A stretch of 60,978 nucleotides of DNA, the filler included, from Sphacelaria rigidula (taxonomy: Eukaryota), in the NCBI GenBank assembly GCA_964200075.2. It is 6 parts of 6 records of this genome, joined end to end, with 100 filler letters (N's around TTAATTAATTAA, not from the genome) between each part and the next. Parts side by side here need not be neighbours in the genome. Positions count along the whole stretch, not along the records: positions 40,721 to 50,799 come from CAXNAA020007191.1; positions 50,900 to 60,978 come from CAXNAA020007192.1; 4 more parts are not named here. The stretch is one strand, 5' to 3'. The notes beneath the pieces were generated by a model. That model saw only the letters and a program-made list of their open reading frames with translations, made no database searches and was not told the DNA's origin. This document shows, piece after piece, positions 50,053-60,978 of this stretch (the first letter of the stretch is position 1; every line of letters starts with the position of its first letter). A program made the translations under genes and the position numbers.

Positions 50053-52398
50053 ACATGCACGACGGTATGGAACTGCACTCGAGGAACAATGAAGGAGAAG
50101 AAATATGGTACACCTCGGAACCTACTTTGTGGTCTCGTTCCGGAGGGCTCGGACACCGAAGTAGGGTACAGCTGGAGACTTATTAGACGCTGGACAAAGT
50201 GTTGATGAATGCTCTACTGCCCTGTTGAGATCCCTGGGACGATGGGCGAGTGACCAGCATAGGGTTATGGTAGACATTCGGCATCCCCGATCCCAAGACA
50301 TGTCTTCACTAGATGTCATTACTCATCTCAAATCCAAGCGAGCCTACTTCGAGCTCCTAGTTACGTATATATCGTATTGTTCAACGCCTATAAATCCACG
50401 TCATCTGACAAGATAGCGACCAGAGACGTACTTGTAAAACGTATCAGCTGGCTCGTGGTTGATCCACACCGCTCAAATATTCGCCAAAGATATACATTTC
50501 TAGTACCCGCCGGTCAGTACTCAGAAACAGTAACTCAGCAATTGCAAGTCCCTGTCACATAACATATGCCTCTTATGGGTAAAGCAATTGCAGACTATGA
50601 CAAGATACGAGAATGCTGCACCCATACCCTCTCCCGCACCACAAAAAGTCCAGACCAAACAATTCTGAACCTTGAAGGATTCGGGCACATGAAGGTGCAC
50701 GGGTACTCACCGAGACAGATGCAAAAGCACTACATAACAGCCGATTTTCGAAAATGGGGTTGAAAAAAAAAATGAGGTTCAACTCAAAAGCCGTGCTTTN
50801 NNNNNNNNNNNNNNNNNNNNNNNNNNNNNNNNNNNNNNNNNNNTTAATTAATTAANNNNNNNNNNNNNNNNNNNNNNNNNNNNNNNNNNNNNNNNNNNNC
50901 AAGCAGAAGTCGGAATAGGAGTTGTAGCCGGGACGGGAGTTAATAGGTTGCTTCTTCCCATTTTTTGTTGGTTTTCCTCCCCCCCCCCCCCCGCGCGCTT
51001 TCCAAAGAATATTCTATCATTATCGAAAAAGTCCCTGGTATCACGTTCACACCCCCGCTCTGCGTACAGTTGAAAAATGAGGGAGGAAAACTGAAGACCG
51101 GGAGAAAGAACACGCACGCACGTTGTTTTTTTATTTCCGCGTGTGGTGGCGAAAAACATACTTAATGAGACAAAACTAGAATGCTGCGTTTTGTATTGGA
51201 AAATAAAATGTACAAGTTCTAACGGTGGATTTGATGGCTATACAGGAGGTGGACCTTAGCTAAATCATGGGTGTTTCCAGAACGAGGGCATATTTGATGC
51301 AGGTCGCTATTCTTTTTTGCAAAAATGTCCCTATACTACAGCCTCATGCCCACGAAAGCGGGGCACTACAGAGAGATGGCACCTTCTCTTGGTCTTATAC
51401 TGCCTGTTGAGATACTTCCTACAGGTCCGCTTACTGTAGTGTACTTGGAGAGAATCCACCCTAGACGTAATTTATCCCTCATACCGTCCTTCCCACGTCC
51501 GGCCGGCTCTCCCTTTCCCTCCACCTCTCCAGTGGACGTGCTTGTTTGTATTGTTGGGTACCCCAGAAGTCTAAGGTTGTATCCCCTGGGAGTACCTTCG
51601 CTTGTCCGCGATAACTTTCCCGGGATTTCCTCTACCCCCCCCCCCCCCCCCTTGCCTTCCCTTCTGTTTGACGTACGCGACCCTTTTGATTCGTCGTGTT
51701 CTGCGTGTTCATCTTTGGCTCTCTTCGGTTGACCGGGTGAAAACCCTCGCAGTTCGAAGGAGAGTATCTGGACCTCGACGGCATAAGGGACAAGGTAAGA
51801 TGATGTTACTGGACACAAGGCAGCACGAACTGTTTTTTTCTTGTTTCTCTCGGTGCTTCTCATCGCACGGGTAGGCTACTCGTACCTGTGTTGATTCGAG
51901 AGTCTGCAGGCTCGTGTTTGGTCTTTGCTGATTTTTCACCAACCCGTCGTGCACCAATTCGAGGTAGTTGTCATCACACCTCGTGCGTGTATTAATAGTA
52001 GGTGCGCCCACCCCACGCATTGAACATAGCAACGCATAAAAAAATATGCCACCGTCATATCCAACAGCACAACAGCAGAGGTAGCTGCTGGGTTTTGAGG
52101 AAATGCAAGGATGCTTGAAGTTTTCATGTGGTACAGCAGCAGTCGAACATTTGCATTAACTCTTGTGATTATTCTCGTTACTGGCGCTCATGTACATGCC
52201 CATCATCTTGGATGTTCCCTCCAATGTGTGCGAATCCGAGCCACAGGGCACTTTCACAACTACCGCGCGGTACACGAATAACATTCCCTCGGATTCGCAC
52301 ACACGGAAAGCAGTGGTCTTATGACTATGGCATGCATGATGATGAGTACCCCCTTCCACCCTTTCCCCAAATCAACACATATGTGCACATACTCGCAG

Positions 52399-52802
52399 CT
52401 GAATGCCGAAGAATACCTTACGCTGAAGGACTTCGAGGACGATCTCACCCTCTTGACTGTAGAAGCTAAAGAAGTGTTAGGCAGGCAGAAGTCCACCCTC
52501 GCCCGCCTCGAGGTCTTGTCTGCCCAGGCGGCCGCCGCCGTACCAACCACGAGAGGCCGCTCCAACAGCGGCGCCGGCCCCGGCGCCGTCGCCGCCGCCG
52601 CCGGAGAGGGTGCGAGCGCAGGGGCCTCGGGTGGGCCGACGCGCGCCCCTGGGTTCGGGTGTGAAGAGGAGCATGAGGCGAAGAGGGCGGCGGCGGCGGC
52701 GGAGGTAGAAGTGGACCGTGCTGCGAACGCCGTGGACCGCGCGGCCAGTGCCCTAGACAAGGCGTACTTCTTGCGCGATGCTGCCATGTCGTACCTTCAA
52801 AG
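52399..52802 (+). CDS. ATAD2: Internal exon of an ATAD2/Yta7-like AAA+ bromodomain protein gene (bromodomain C-terminal half); upstream exons not found in this contig
   Basis: cag acceptor and ag|gt donor; LNAEEYLTLKDFEDDLTLL...AYFLRDAA matches bromodomain helices B/C; phase fits the next exon. Confidence 0.7.
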
Positions 52803-54195
52803 GTGGGTGATTTCATTCTTGTTTCATCTAGGCGTGTCAGTGTTGAGATGAGGCATGTTGCACGATTTGATAATCGGGGTTTGTACCGTCCTGATTGGTT
52901 CCCTGTCTTGTTTCGAAAGTCTTGTTGTTTTTGCGCGGAGAGTATATGACCACAGGCATAAGTTGGCATTCTCGTGACGTTGGAGTCTGTCTCTTGTTCG
53001 CGATGAATCAGGCACCGCTTCCGTTTCTCTATTTTATCACGTGAAATCTCTGACCCCAGTTTCCTCCCGCTTCCGTACTTGCTGTATTTGCCAACAAGGG
53101 ACACAGCCAGACGCTCGCAATGCCTCTTGACCTTGAGAGTATTAGGTTTCCAGTACATGAGCAAAACAAAGAAGTCTCGTATGGTGCAGTACTAATTTTC
53201 TATTTTTTGCGGCGAATACTGACCTCATGACATTAACGAAGGGTAAGCGACCGGGCAGTTGGAGACGAGATCTGACATGGCTTTGTCGGGAAAGCGTACC
53301 CAGGTATCCATGCAAAACCTAGTTGGTTGGCGCTATAGCAATCAAGACCTGGTGTTCGTGGCCGTCCGAGGCTTCAAGGTAAAATGACTCGGAGTCATCA
53401 GTACGTCATTTCGAGACTGCATTCTTGGGTACAAATCACTTCGAAATCCTAAGTATCCCGGGACTCCTTTGTTTTTTCGGAAGATCCGACCACCCTCGCA
53501 CACATGTATTGCACTTGAAATAAAAGCACCAACGCCCAGCTGGGGAGAACACAGGGACCGCGCTCACGCCAAGGCCAAGTGACGCGTCAACGAATGACAG
53601 AAGCCTCCACTCCTGCATACCCTGTACAGCCAAGACTGAAAGCGGCGTGGTCGAAGGCAAAAGCCACCAGCACCCACCGTTGTACACTTGGAAAACCTGA
53701 GTGCGCAACTCATGGATTCGGCTGGCAAACTATCCGCATGATGTCTGTCCGTGATCGTTCTCGACTCAATATCCCCCGAGACACGTCGCTGCTGTCGTGA
53801 TATCGTTCTGGAAGTCGCGTCTGTCGGCTAGAAGACTGCACACAGATGGGCATCTATATAACTGTAAGGTGCCCCGAGGGATTATAGTTCTATGTCCTGT
53901 CCTGCCCTGAACTGTACTGTACTGTGCGGTGCGGTGCGATGCTGTCTCTGTTGCGCTGTGTACCGCGATTTGCCGTGGTGTATTGGCCTGCTTTTTTGTA
54001 CCCAGTGTGAATTCTGACCCGCAATGACTGCACGTCATTTTTCGAGTGCGTGGTTGATCATGATGGCATGCTTCATTACCTGCGCTAACGACCAGCCAGC
54101 GACATGAAACTTTTGTCGTTTGTGATCCCCGGGCTCTGAGGGGCCCACATAGTCCCCTCCCCATACCGTAATTCTTACTCGATTTAACCCAACAG

Positions 54196-54499
54196 CTGCG
54201 TGAGCCGCCTGGGCTACGACCTCGAGGCCAAGTGCAGAGATATCGCCGGGCGACGCAAAACCGGTGGCAGCAGCACGAGAAAGAGATGCGCCGAAGTCGC
54301 TGCCGGCAATGAGCGGGGTGCGAGCGGTGGCGGTGGTGGGCAGGGAGCCGGGGCCAGTGGGGCAGACAACGGCAGCAGATCTTCGCCAAATTATACATCC
54401 GAGAGCGTCATCGTTGATATCTACGGTCAACCAGCTCAAGGAGGCGCCAGCACCGCGAAGGAACGGAGCACGAGGGCGTCGCGGAGGACAGCAAGTTCG
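54196..54499 (+). CDS. ATAD2: Exon of the ATAD2/Yta7-like gene
   Basis: aacag acceptor (phase 2) and gtaagg donor; LGYDLEAKCRDIAGRRK resembles the ATAD2 post-bromodomain helix (LxxDFExxCxEIxxxRK). Confidence 0.7.
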
Positions 54500-54711
54500 G
54501 TAAGGAGTTGCGTGCGGGCTTTTGGTGCTTGGGGAACTTGTGTGTTGTGTGTAGAACGGGGGAACTGGCCTAGGTCCGTGGGGTTTCGTTTTTTCCAGCG
54601 TGTGCCGTGCGGCTCGTGCAAGGGCGTTGAAAGATTGTGCTGCGCTCTCTTGTTTCTCTGCGTCTCTTTTTTGGCGCACGAGTGTGACTTGTGGCACTCG
54701 CACTCGCTAGG

Positions 54712-54954
54712 CTGCTCGTTGGCCGTAAAATTAATAGGGCGAGCACTCGAGTCACTGCTCGTTGCGGAAAAAATTAAAAGAGCGAACACTCGAGTCGTTG
54801 CTCGCTGTGGGAACAAACTAATAGGGCGAGGACTCGAGTCATTTCTCGTTGTAGAACAAAGTAATGACTCGAGCACACGAGTCATTGTTCGTTGTGTTTT
54901 CAAAAAACATTCACGAGTGCTCGTTTCGACGAGTAATGACCCGTCCGATGTGTG
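54712..54954. mobile_element. Intronic element with ~46-bp tandem subterminal repeats (gagcactcgagtcattgctcgttg); related end at 59688-59770; CACTA/CMC-like
   Basis: About five CTCGAG-centred units; termini cgtccgatgtgtg (to 54954) and catacgtcggacg (from 59688) are near reverse complements. Confidence 0.5.
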
Positions 54955-55625
54955 AAGTGTTTGCATGGTACTAACCACGTCTACGAGTTGCAGGCCCGGG
55001 TGGGGGGGGGGGCGTACCCATGATATTGTAGGCAGCCATAAGGCCATTGTCCTTGCATCCCTGCCCAGCCGGTATGGAGCACGCCGGGTTTTCGCCGTAT
55101 CAGGGTCACAATCACCAAGCGCCAAGCGCCGTCATGTGTTCGGCGAGTCATATCAAGGGCGAGCTGCATCCTGCTAAGATTGTTCGGCCCGAAGCGTACT
55201 AATTATCTTGCGTATGAATGGCAGCCTCGAATGACTTGCTTCATTTTCCGGTATCGCCGCTTGCAGAGAATGCCACGGAATACTCTGTCTCATGGGTGTT
55301 TTATCTTTGAATATTACATAGTGCGATCACCCCCTTTGCGCGGATTTCAGATTTTCCACCCTGGACAAAATGATCTATATCGACCACAATCATGATGACA
55401 GTAAAAAAAGGCGATCAAGAAAATACGGCAGCCTGGTTCCCTACCTTGCGCAGTGAGAGGCGTGTTACACAGCGTCGTTGACAACCAACGCCAACCCCTG
55501 AAAGGGACACGGGGCAGGAGAGGGGGGTGATCACGTTGTACCACCATGGAGGGTTCTGTTTGCGAGTGATGACGCAGTGTGCCCTACCTTATTTCTCGCG
55601 CGCGACCAAAACTACAAATTCTCAG

Positions 55626-55727
55626 GACGGGAGACTAGTTCAGCTGGGCGACAACGGCAAGCTCCTGGTACAGGGTACGGAGGTGGAGGTGACCGGTGTG
55701 CAACCCCGCAAGCGTGCCGCCCGAGAG
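55626..55727 (+). CDS. ATAD2: Probable exon of the ATAD2/Yta7-like gene
   Basis: ttctcag acceptor, gag|gtga donor, 102 nt, phase 0/0, GC-rich codons (DGRLVQLGDNGK...RKRAARE). Confidence 0.55.
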
Positions 55728-56235
55728 GTGATCACTTGCGTAAAATACACGACGGTGCAGTCGTCGGCGTGACATGCCATCGTAGTAGAAATGACTCCGC
55801 AACTGTTGTGGCCAGTTGTGGTGGTGAAGAGCACTGCCTATGGCGTGTACCGCAGTTTCCCCCGTTGAGCTAACTGTAGCTGTCATTTGTGCTCGACGTG
55901 AACGGAACAGGGTGAGCGCAGTTGTCCCTCAGCGGTTTTACCTCAGACCCTGTGCAAGAAAAGGGCGGCTCAAGCACAGGATTGACAAGTATGTTATTAA
56001 CTCCTCTCCGAAACGCGGTAGACACGACTATTGCTCTACGTACGATCAATCTGTTCGCGTCTTCTTCCGCTTCCTTGATATTTACGTTTCCTGTCGTAAT
56101 TTTGTACTACCTTCCCGCCGTGCCGTACCGAACCGCCGCGCGCCGCGTCCACTCCGCCTCCCCCTCCCCCAACTCCCCCCGCGGAATTTCGACACGGAAC
56201 ACGCGCTACACAAGCCTCATCAAGAGCAGCAACAG

Positions 56236-57840
56236 GTCATCGACCCTCCCGCAAAACGCAGACTTGTTCCCGCCGGTGACGAATCGACTCGCGGTACGTG
56301 GCAACAAGGAGTGCGGAAAGGGGACGAAGGAGAAGAAAAGGACCGTGAAGAAGGGCATGGGCACAGCACGGCCACTGCGGGCGCCGCGGGTACGCCAACA
56401 ACACAGCGTTCGTTGTTAGCACCGATCGCGCTTGAAAACGGGGGTTCTTCTCTGAGCGAAGTGACTGGCGCAGGGGTAGCAGCAGGGATAGAAACCGACG
56501 GCGAGATCAGGGATGATAAGGTAGCTGCAGCAGCGGCCGAGAGTGCCACGGGCTCTGCCGTCACGACGGCTTCACCCCCCGCAGCTACGGTCGCTCACAA
56601 TGGTCTTCCCGCAGTGGGCGGCGATTCTGATGGTTCAAGCCCTAGCGCAGTGAACGAGTCGGTTAACCTACTTTTGGGTTCTCCGAGCAAGGACGGCAGC
56701 ACCGACGTTTCGCCAACACGAAAACCTACCGCAGTAGTAGCAGCAGCGGCGGCAGCAGATATTCGTGATGGCAGCGCGTGCGGCGCGATGTCACCAAGTG
56801 CGAGCAACCATGACTCCGGTGCTGCTGCAAAATGCAGGATTACGGCGTCGGAAGTGAACAGTGCTGCATCACCCCAACCTATGGAAGTGGTAGCGACGGA
56901 GACACCGCCGGACAGTGCACGTGACATTCCCGCGTCCGAGGTCGAAGCATCAAAAGTTGTTGACACATCCCAGGAGAAGGTAATGCATGACGCGAACACG
57001 ATACTGGAGTTGAACGGGGCGTCCCATGACCACAATCCGGAAACGCCGCCAGTGGATCTTTCAGCGCAAGGTACTGAAACCGGCGAATCGGCCCTCGGGG
57101 GCGATGCAACGATGACGGGGTCGAGGGTGGCTGGAGATTTGACCGTTTCGTGGAAAGATGATTGGTCGAACGGCAATGACAATGTCGAACTCGCAGTGCT
57201 CAATAGTGGCGGTGCAGCAGCGACAGCATCAACGTCAGAGACAGCTGTAGCGGCAAAAGATGGGGCGGCGAGAGGCGAGGACGTGAATATGTCGTCGGAC
57301 GAATCAGCTCATACACCGACGGGGACCGCCATGGCGCCATCGCAGGCGGCGGCAGCGCTAGCCTTTCCTCCTCCGCAAAACTCGAACACCAAGACAGAAG
57401 GGATGGCCAAAGGGCAAGCCGGACTGAAAGAAAAACCTGCGGAAAGGAAGGAGAAGCGCGAAACTGCAGCACCTACCGCCGTTGCCTCGGTAGTGGAAAA
57501 AGAGGCGCAGGAGCACGCAAGAACTCGAGCGGCGGCGGCCGCGGCCGCGGCAAGGGCGAAAGCCGCTGCAGATGCAGAGGAGAAAAGGAAAGCGGTAGCC
57601 AAAGAGCAACAGGCCAAGCGCGAGTGTGAAGAAGCTTGCTCTCGTCTACTGGAAGGCAAAAGCCGCGTGTGCAGTGGCACCCACGGTTGGTCGGTGGAGC
57701 AGCTTCTGGCTCTGCGAGGGGGCGTATTGGAGCTGGGTGCGGCGCTGTGCGGACGAGCGATGCCGGGGTCGAGGTCGAAGTCGGCAAGTGACGCCGTGTA
57801 CGTCCTGCTACGGCATATAGATTACCGCGTAAGTTCTTGA
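56236..57840 (+). CDS. ATAD2: Terminal exon of the ATAD2/Yta7-like gene: disordered A/S/E-rich linker and C-terminal domain
   Basis: caacag acceptor in frame; PPAKRR NLS-like; SGTHGWSVEQLLALR matches the ATAD2/Yta7 C-terminal TxGxxVEQL motif; TGA at 57838-57840. Confidence 0.72.
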   Translation, partial: VIDPPAKRRLVPAGDESTRGTWQQGVRKGDEGEEKDREEGHGHSTATAGAAGTPTTQRSLLAPIALENGGSSLSEVTGAGVAAGIETDGEIRDDKVAAAAAESATGSAVTTASPPAATVAHNGLPAVGGDSDGSSPSAVNESVNLLLGSPSKDGSTDVSPTRKPTAVVAAAAAADIRDGSACGAMSPSASNHDSGAAAKCRITASEVNSAASPQPMEVVATETPPDSARDIPASEVEASKVVDTSQEKVMHDANTILELNGASHDHNPETPPVDLSAQGTETGESALGGDATMTGSRVAGDLTVSWKDDWSNGNDNVELAVLNSGGAAATASTSETAVAAKDGAARGEDVNMSSDESAHTPTGTAMAPSQAAAALAFPPPQNSNTKTEGMAKGQAGLKEKPAERKEKRETAAPTAVASVVEKEAQEHARTRAAAAAAAARAKAAADAEEKRKAVAKEQQAKRECEEACSRLLEGKSRVCSGTHGWSVEQLLALRGGVLELGAALCGRAMPGSRSKSASDAVYVLLRHIDYRVSS

Positions 57841-59249
57841 AGGCAAAAAATCACGGCGCAATTATTGCTTTCCTGACAGCCGTTTTATTTCATTAATGAA
57901 GCAAGGACAATGATGCCGAGTTGGACTCGGAGCTCTCGCCGGACAGTTGTTTTAGCTTTGCGCAGTTTTGATGGTTGATGGACTCCGTACTTTTTTATTT
58001 CGCGTTTTTTCTTCAATATTTCACATTTTGGACCTGATGTCTTCTATGGCGTGTGTGGGTGGGATTGTTGGGCTGCTTCCAAGAGTTGTAGCGTGGGGGA
58101 AACGCGATGGCCACGTTCCCGTCTTCTGGGAGGACGAATCCCATCTAGTTTATTTTCTTGTTGCGAGAGACCAGACGAGGGTGGGTATAGAATGGATTTG
58201 CTGGGAAGGGTCGAAGACACCTTTGTGCTCTCCCCTTCCAGTCCCATGTTTGGTGTCAGCATTGCCCAGAAGCGCTGATACACACAGCTTCCAGCAATGG
58301 GCTAGACGAGGGGGGGTAGTGGGTGATAATGTGTTCTGCAATGGGTTTCCATGGGTTTGCGACGTCGTTTTTTTTTTCGTCACATACACCGTTTTCACGT
58401 CGCATTTAGAGGGATATATATATATATATATAGTGACGCTTTTTCAGGGATGAAGGAGGGCTGTGTGTGAGGGGCAAACCAGGTCAACAAGGTCAGAGTG
58501 TGTGGCCGGCAGAGAGACAAGCACCGAGAACAAAAAACTACCCCAACCCGCCACAAGAACAAGAGAAACGAAGTCCAGGAATTGAAGGTGATTGTGTCCA
58601 TCCCCAGCCACATCAACGCCGAGATGCTGATGCTCTGGCGATATTCATTCCGGGCTGTCATCCAAACAGTCGGCGATCACCCGGATATGAATAAGGGGTG
58701 GGGGAAGCGGTTATTTGAAGTGTTTCCTATTTTCTGACGGGCACGATTAATGATAATCGTATGTACTGGAAGTCGTGCATGTGTGGCGAGTCTGTTGTAG
58801 CGCAGCAGGGGTGAAAATAAGCCCTGAGATGGAGGTTGGGGGCCGGGGGCGAAGGAATGCCATGGGTGCATCGAACAAGTGAGATGAACCGTGATTTGGT
58901 CGGCATGCTTGTCAACGTTTGAAAATGGAAAACATCATTTCTTGAAAAGCAGGGTGACCTCCCGGTGTTGACTTCTCGGCATTGATGGTCTACCCATTTT
59001 CATAGCTTGAGCCTTTTCATCCAGAGTGGATCATATGACCGGCTAGCTTGAATAACGCCAAGTCCTCGTGCCTGGGACACATCATGAAGAAGAGGGTAGA
59101 ACCATTAACACCACGGCCGTGCCATGAATTGTGCAGTCGAATTTTGAAGATATCGCATACGTGAGGGGGAGAGAATCTATTGACAGGTGTGCCGCCCGCC
59201 GTAGCAAAATGCTCACGATGACGGTTATCCGAAGCCTGTACATTCACCT

Positions 59250-59640
59250 CAGTAGCCTCGCTTGAAGATCACAAGCCCCAGCAAAATCATATCAGGTTGC
59301 GACAATTTGGGCGAGACATTCATCCGCTGTCGGCGACATCGCCACGAGTGTTGCCAACATCGCCGGAGTGTGTCGGTCACACAAAAGTATCGCATGCATC
59401 CGCTGCGTCCCTCCCCTTGTCGCCCGCACATCCTCACCTCCTCATTGCACGATCCATTGCGGATAACCGCGCTCCCTCCGAGTACTCTGCTCTCGCTCGT
59501 TCCGGAATCCTCGGAACGGTATACTGTGTGGTACTTTTCGGGTGCTGCATCATGTTCAAATATGAGGGAATCCGATGGAAGCGGTTTCCGCCACCTGGCT
59601 GGAGTCGTTACAAATGTGCGAAAGGAGATATACATTAGTT
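59250..59640 (-). pseudogene. Possible pogo/Tc5-like DDE transposase remnant
   Basis: RTFVTTPA...KPLP...LIF, VTD.....H and NVSPKLSQPD...FKRGY loosely follow the DDE_1 motif order. Confidence 0.3.
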
Positions 59641-60978
59641 TAGAGACGGAAGCAACAATGCGCGACAATGTAAGCTGGGGAAAGTTTCATACGTCGGACG
59701 AGCACTCGTTGGCCGTAATAAATCATGGAGCGAGCACTCGAGTCATTGCTCGTTGTGGAAAAAATTAAAAATTAACCCCTGTGTGCAGTGTTACGCCCAG
59801 TTTAGGATCACGTTTTTCATCACCACCCCCCAAAACGCGACTTGGTGAAGTGAAATAAGTCGGTAAGGCAGAATAATGACAACTATGCTGATACACAGCT
59901 GTAGTACTTATCCTACACTATCCCTCCGTCGAAGTCCGGTTCAATTCCATCCAGTACAGCACACGTACGATCGATGGATATCCAGGAAAAAAGCCACGGA
60001 AATCTGTACAAGCCCAGAAGCCATTTTCCAACATGGCCGACCTAGACGCAATCGCAGATAACTCGCGCTGCACGATTGGCAGCCAGCTGAAACTTGAGAG
60101 TCAAGAAGCAATTATTGCTAATAGCCATGGTTGAACAACAAACTCGCGCTCATTAGTTCTCGGGATGGTGCGGAAATCGCAAAATATAAACTCACTATAC
60201 ATCAACCTTTTCATGTACGGCAAGGGTATGCGCAGCCGTGACGTCGAGGGCTGATAGAGATGAATTTCAGCTGCACAGAGCAATTTGATTTGTCTTTGCA
60301 GCTGCTGTGTGTATTGAGATATTTTCATCTCGGTGGGGGGTGTTGGGATACATGACATGTGGTGGAAAAGCGTATCACATACTCCGGATTACGAAGAAAG
60401 TCGGTATCCAAAATAAGCTGGCGGCCATTGCGCCGCGTTTAGGTGTGTTCGTATTGTAGTCGTGAATACATTCTCCCGCCCTTTTTCATGGAAACAACAG
60501 CGTTGCCCGTCAGCAGAGAAGATATTTGAAGCAGGCGCATGCCGTTATAGCTGCGGTGGCGCGCGAGGTCGCTGTCCAATACATAGGGTGCAAACACACG
60601 CATACTGTCGTCAGCGACGCCGTGACCCCTCCGCGTCCAAGGTCAGTTCTCATTGCAAACAAACAACGCAAAAAAAGGACTCTACGAGCTGAGCCAGCCG
60701 ACAGTGTTCTGTAAATGTATCCGGGCCGAGTGGTGGGTAATTCGAAGCGTTGGGCGCTGACATATTGACGTAATATTTCCATCATCACAACGCACAATCT
60801 TACTGGAGATGCCAAGAAAAAACATGTATGCACTTGGAGCGATTTGAAGTTTCTCCAAAAACGAGAAAAACGCTATAATTCCGTGAAAATAAATGAAGAC
60901 GTGGGGATCGCTACTAACAGCCGATTTTGAATTTTGGGGTTCATACAAAATATGGGGTTGAAGTGGCATATCTCTCTT

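Noticed and set aside
51366-52032. Penelope GIY-YIG or LINE zinc-finger remnant
   Set aside because: Only isolated CPLC and EH residues; spacing is not convincing
55840-56235. 5' part of the 666-aa ORF as coding
   Set aside because: Looks intronic (pyrimidine and C-runs); the in-frame acceptor at 56235 fits the phase of upstream exons
57968-58737. Additional gene downstream of the ATAD2-like gene
   Set aside because: Short ORFs with no motifs or consistent splice chain; may be 3' UTR or repeat debris

Overview
Repeat-rich eukaryotic DNA, most likely a brown alga (Phaeophyceae; inferred from the TE repertoire, GC-rich exons and kb-sized TE-filled introns). The window is not one locus. It holds six segments of 10,080/10,080/10,080/10,080/10,079/10,079 bp joined by identical 100-nt N-TTAATTAATTAA-N spacers, which looks like size-sorted unplaced contigs, so nothing should be linked across the spacers. 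Contents: (i) a decayed Ty3/Gypsy pol (protease, RT, integrase, chromodomain and an extra Tudor-like domain) with a probable 3' LTR; (ii) a bounded but internally deleted Gypsy element with both LTRs and a GTAC TSD; (iii) a decayed DIRS-type tyrosine-recombinase retrotransposon (N6-adenine MTase plus ALOG-domain recombinase), visible only by reading across frameshifts; (iv) a gag-only retroelement remnant that runs directly into a ~20-unit 113/133-bp tandem array with recurring variant blocks; (v) many foldback/MITE elements, including a hAT element with a ~470-bp internal hairpin, tRNA-derived SINE heads and transposase relics; (vi) the last four exons of an ATAD2/Yta7-like host gene with a degenerate bromodomain. 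I found no CRISPR array, rRNA or intact tRNA. All assignments are by eye; no searches were run.
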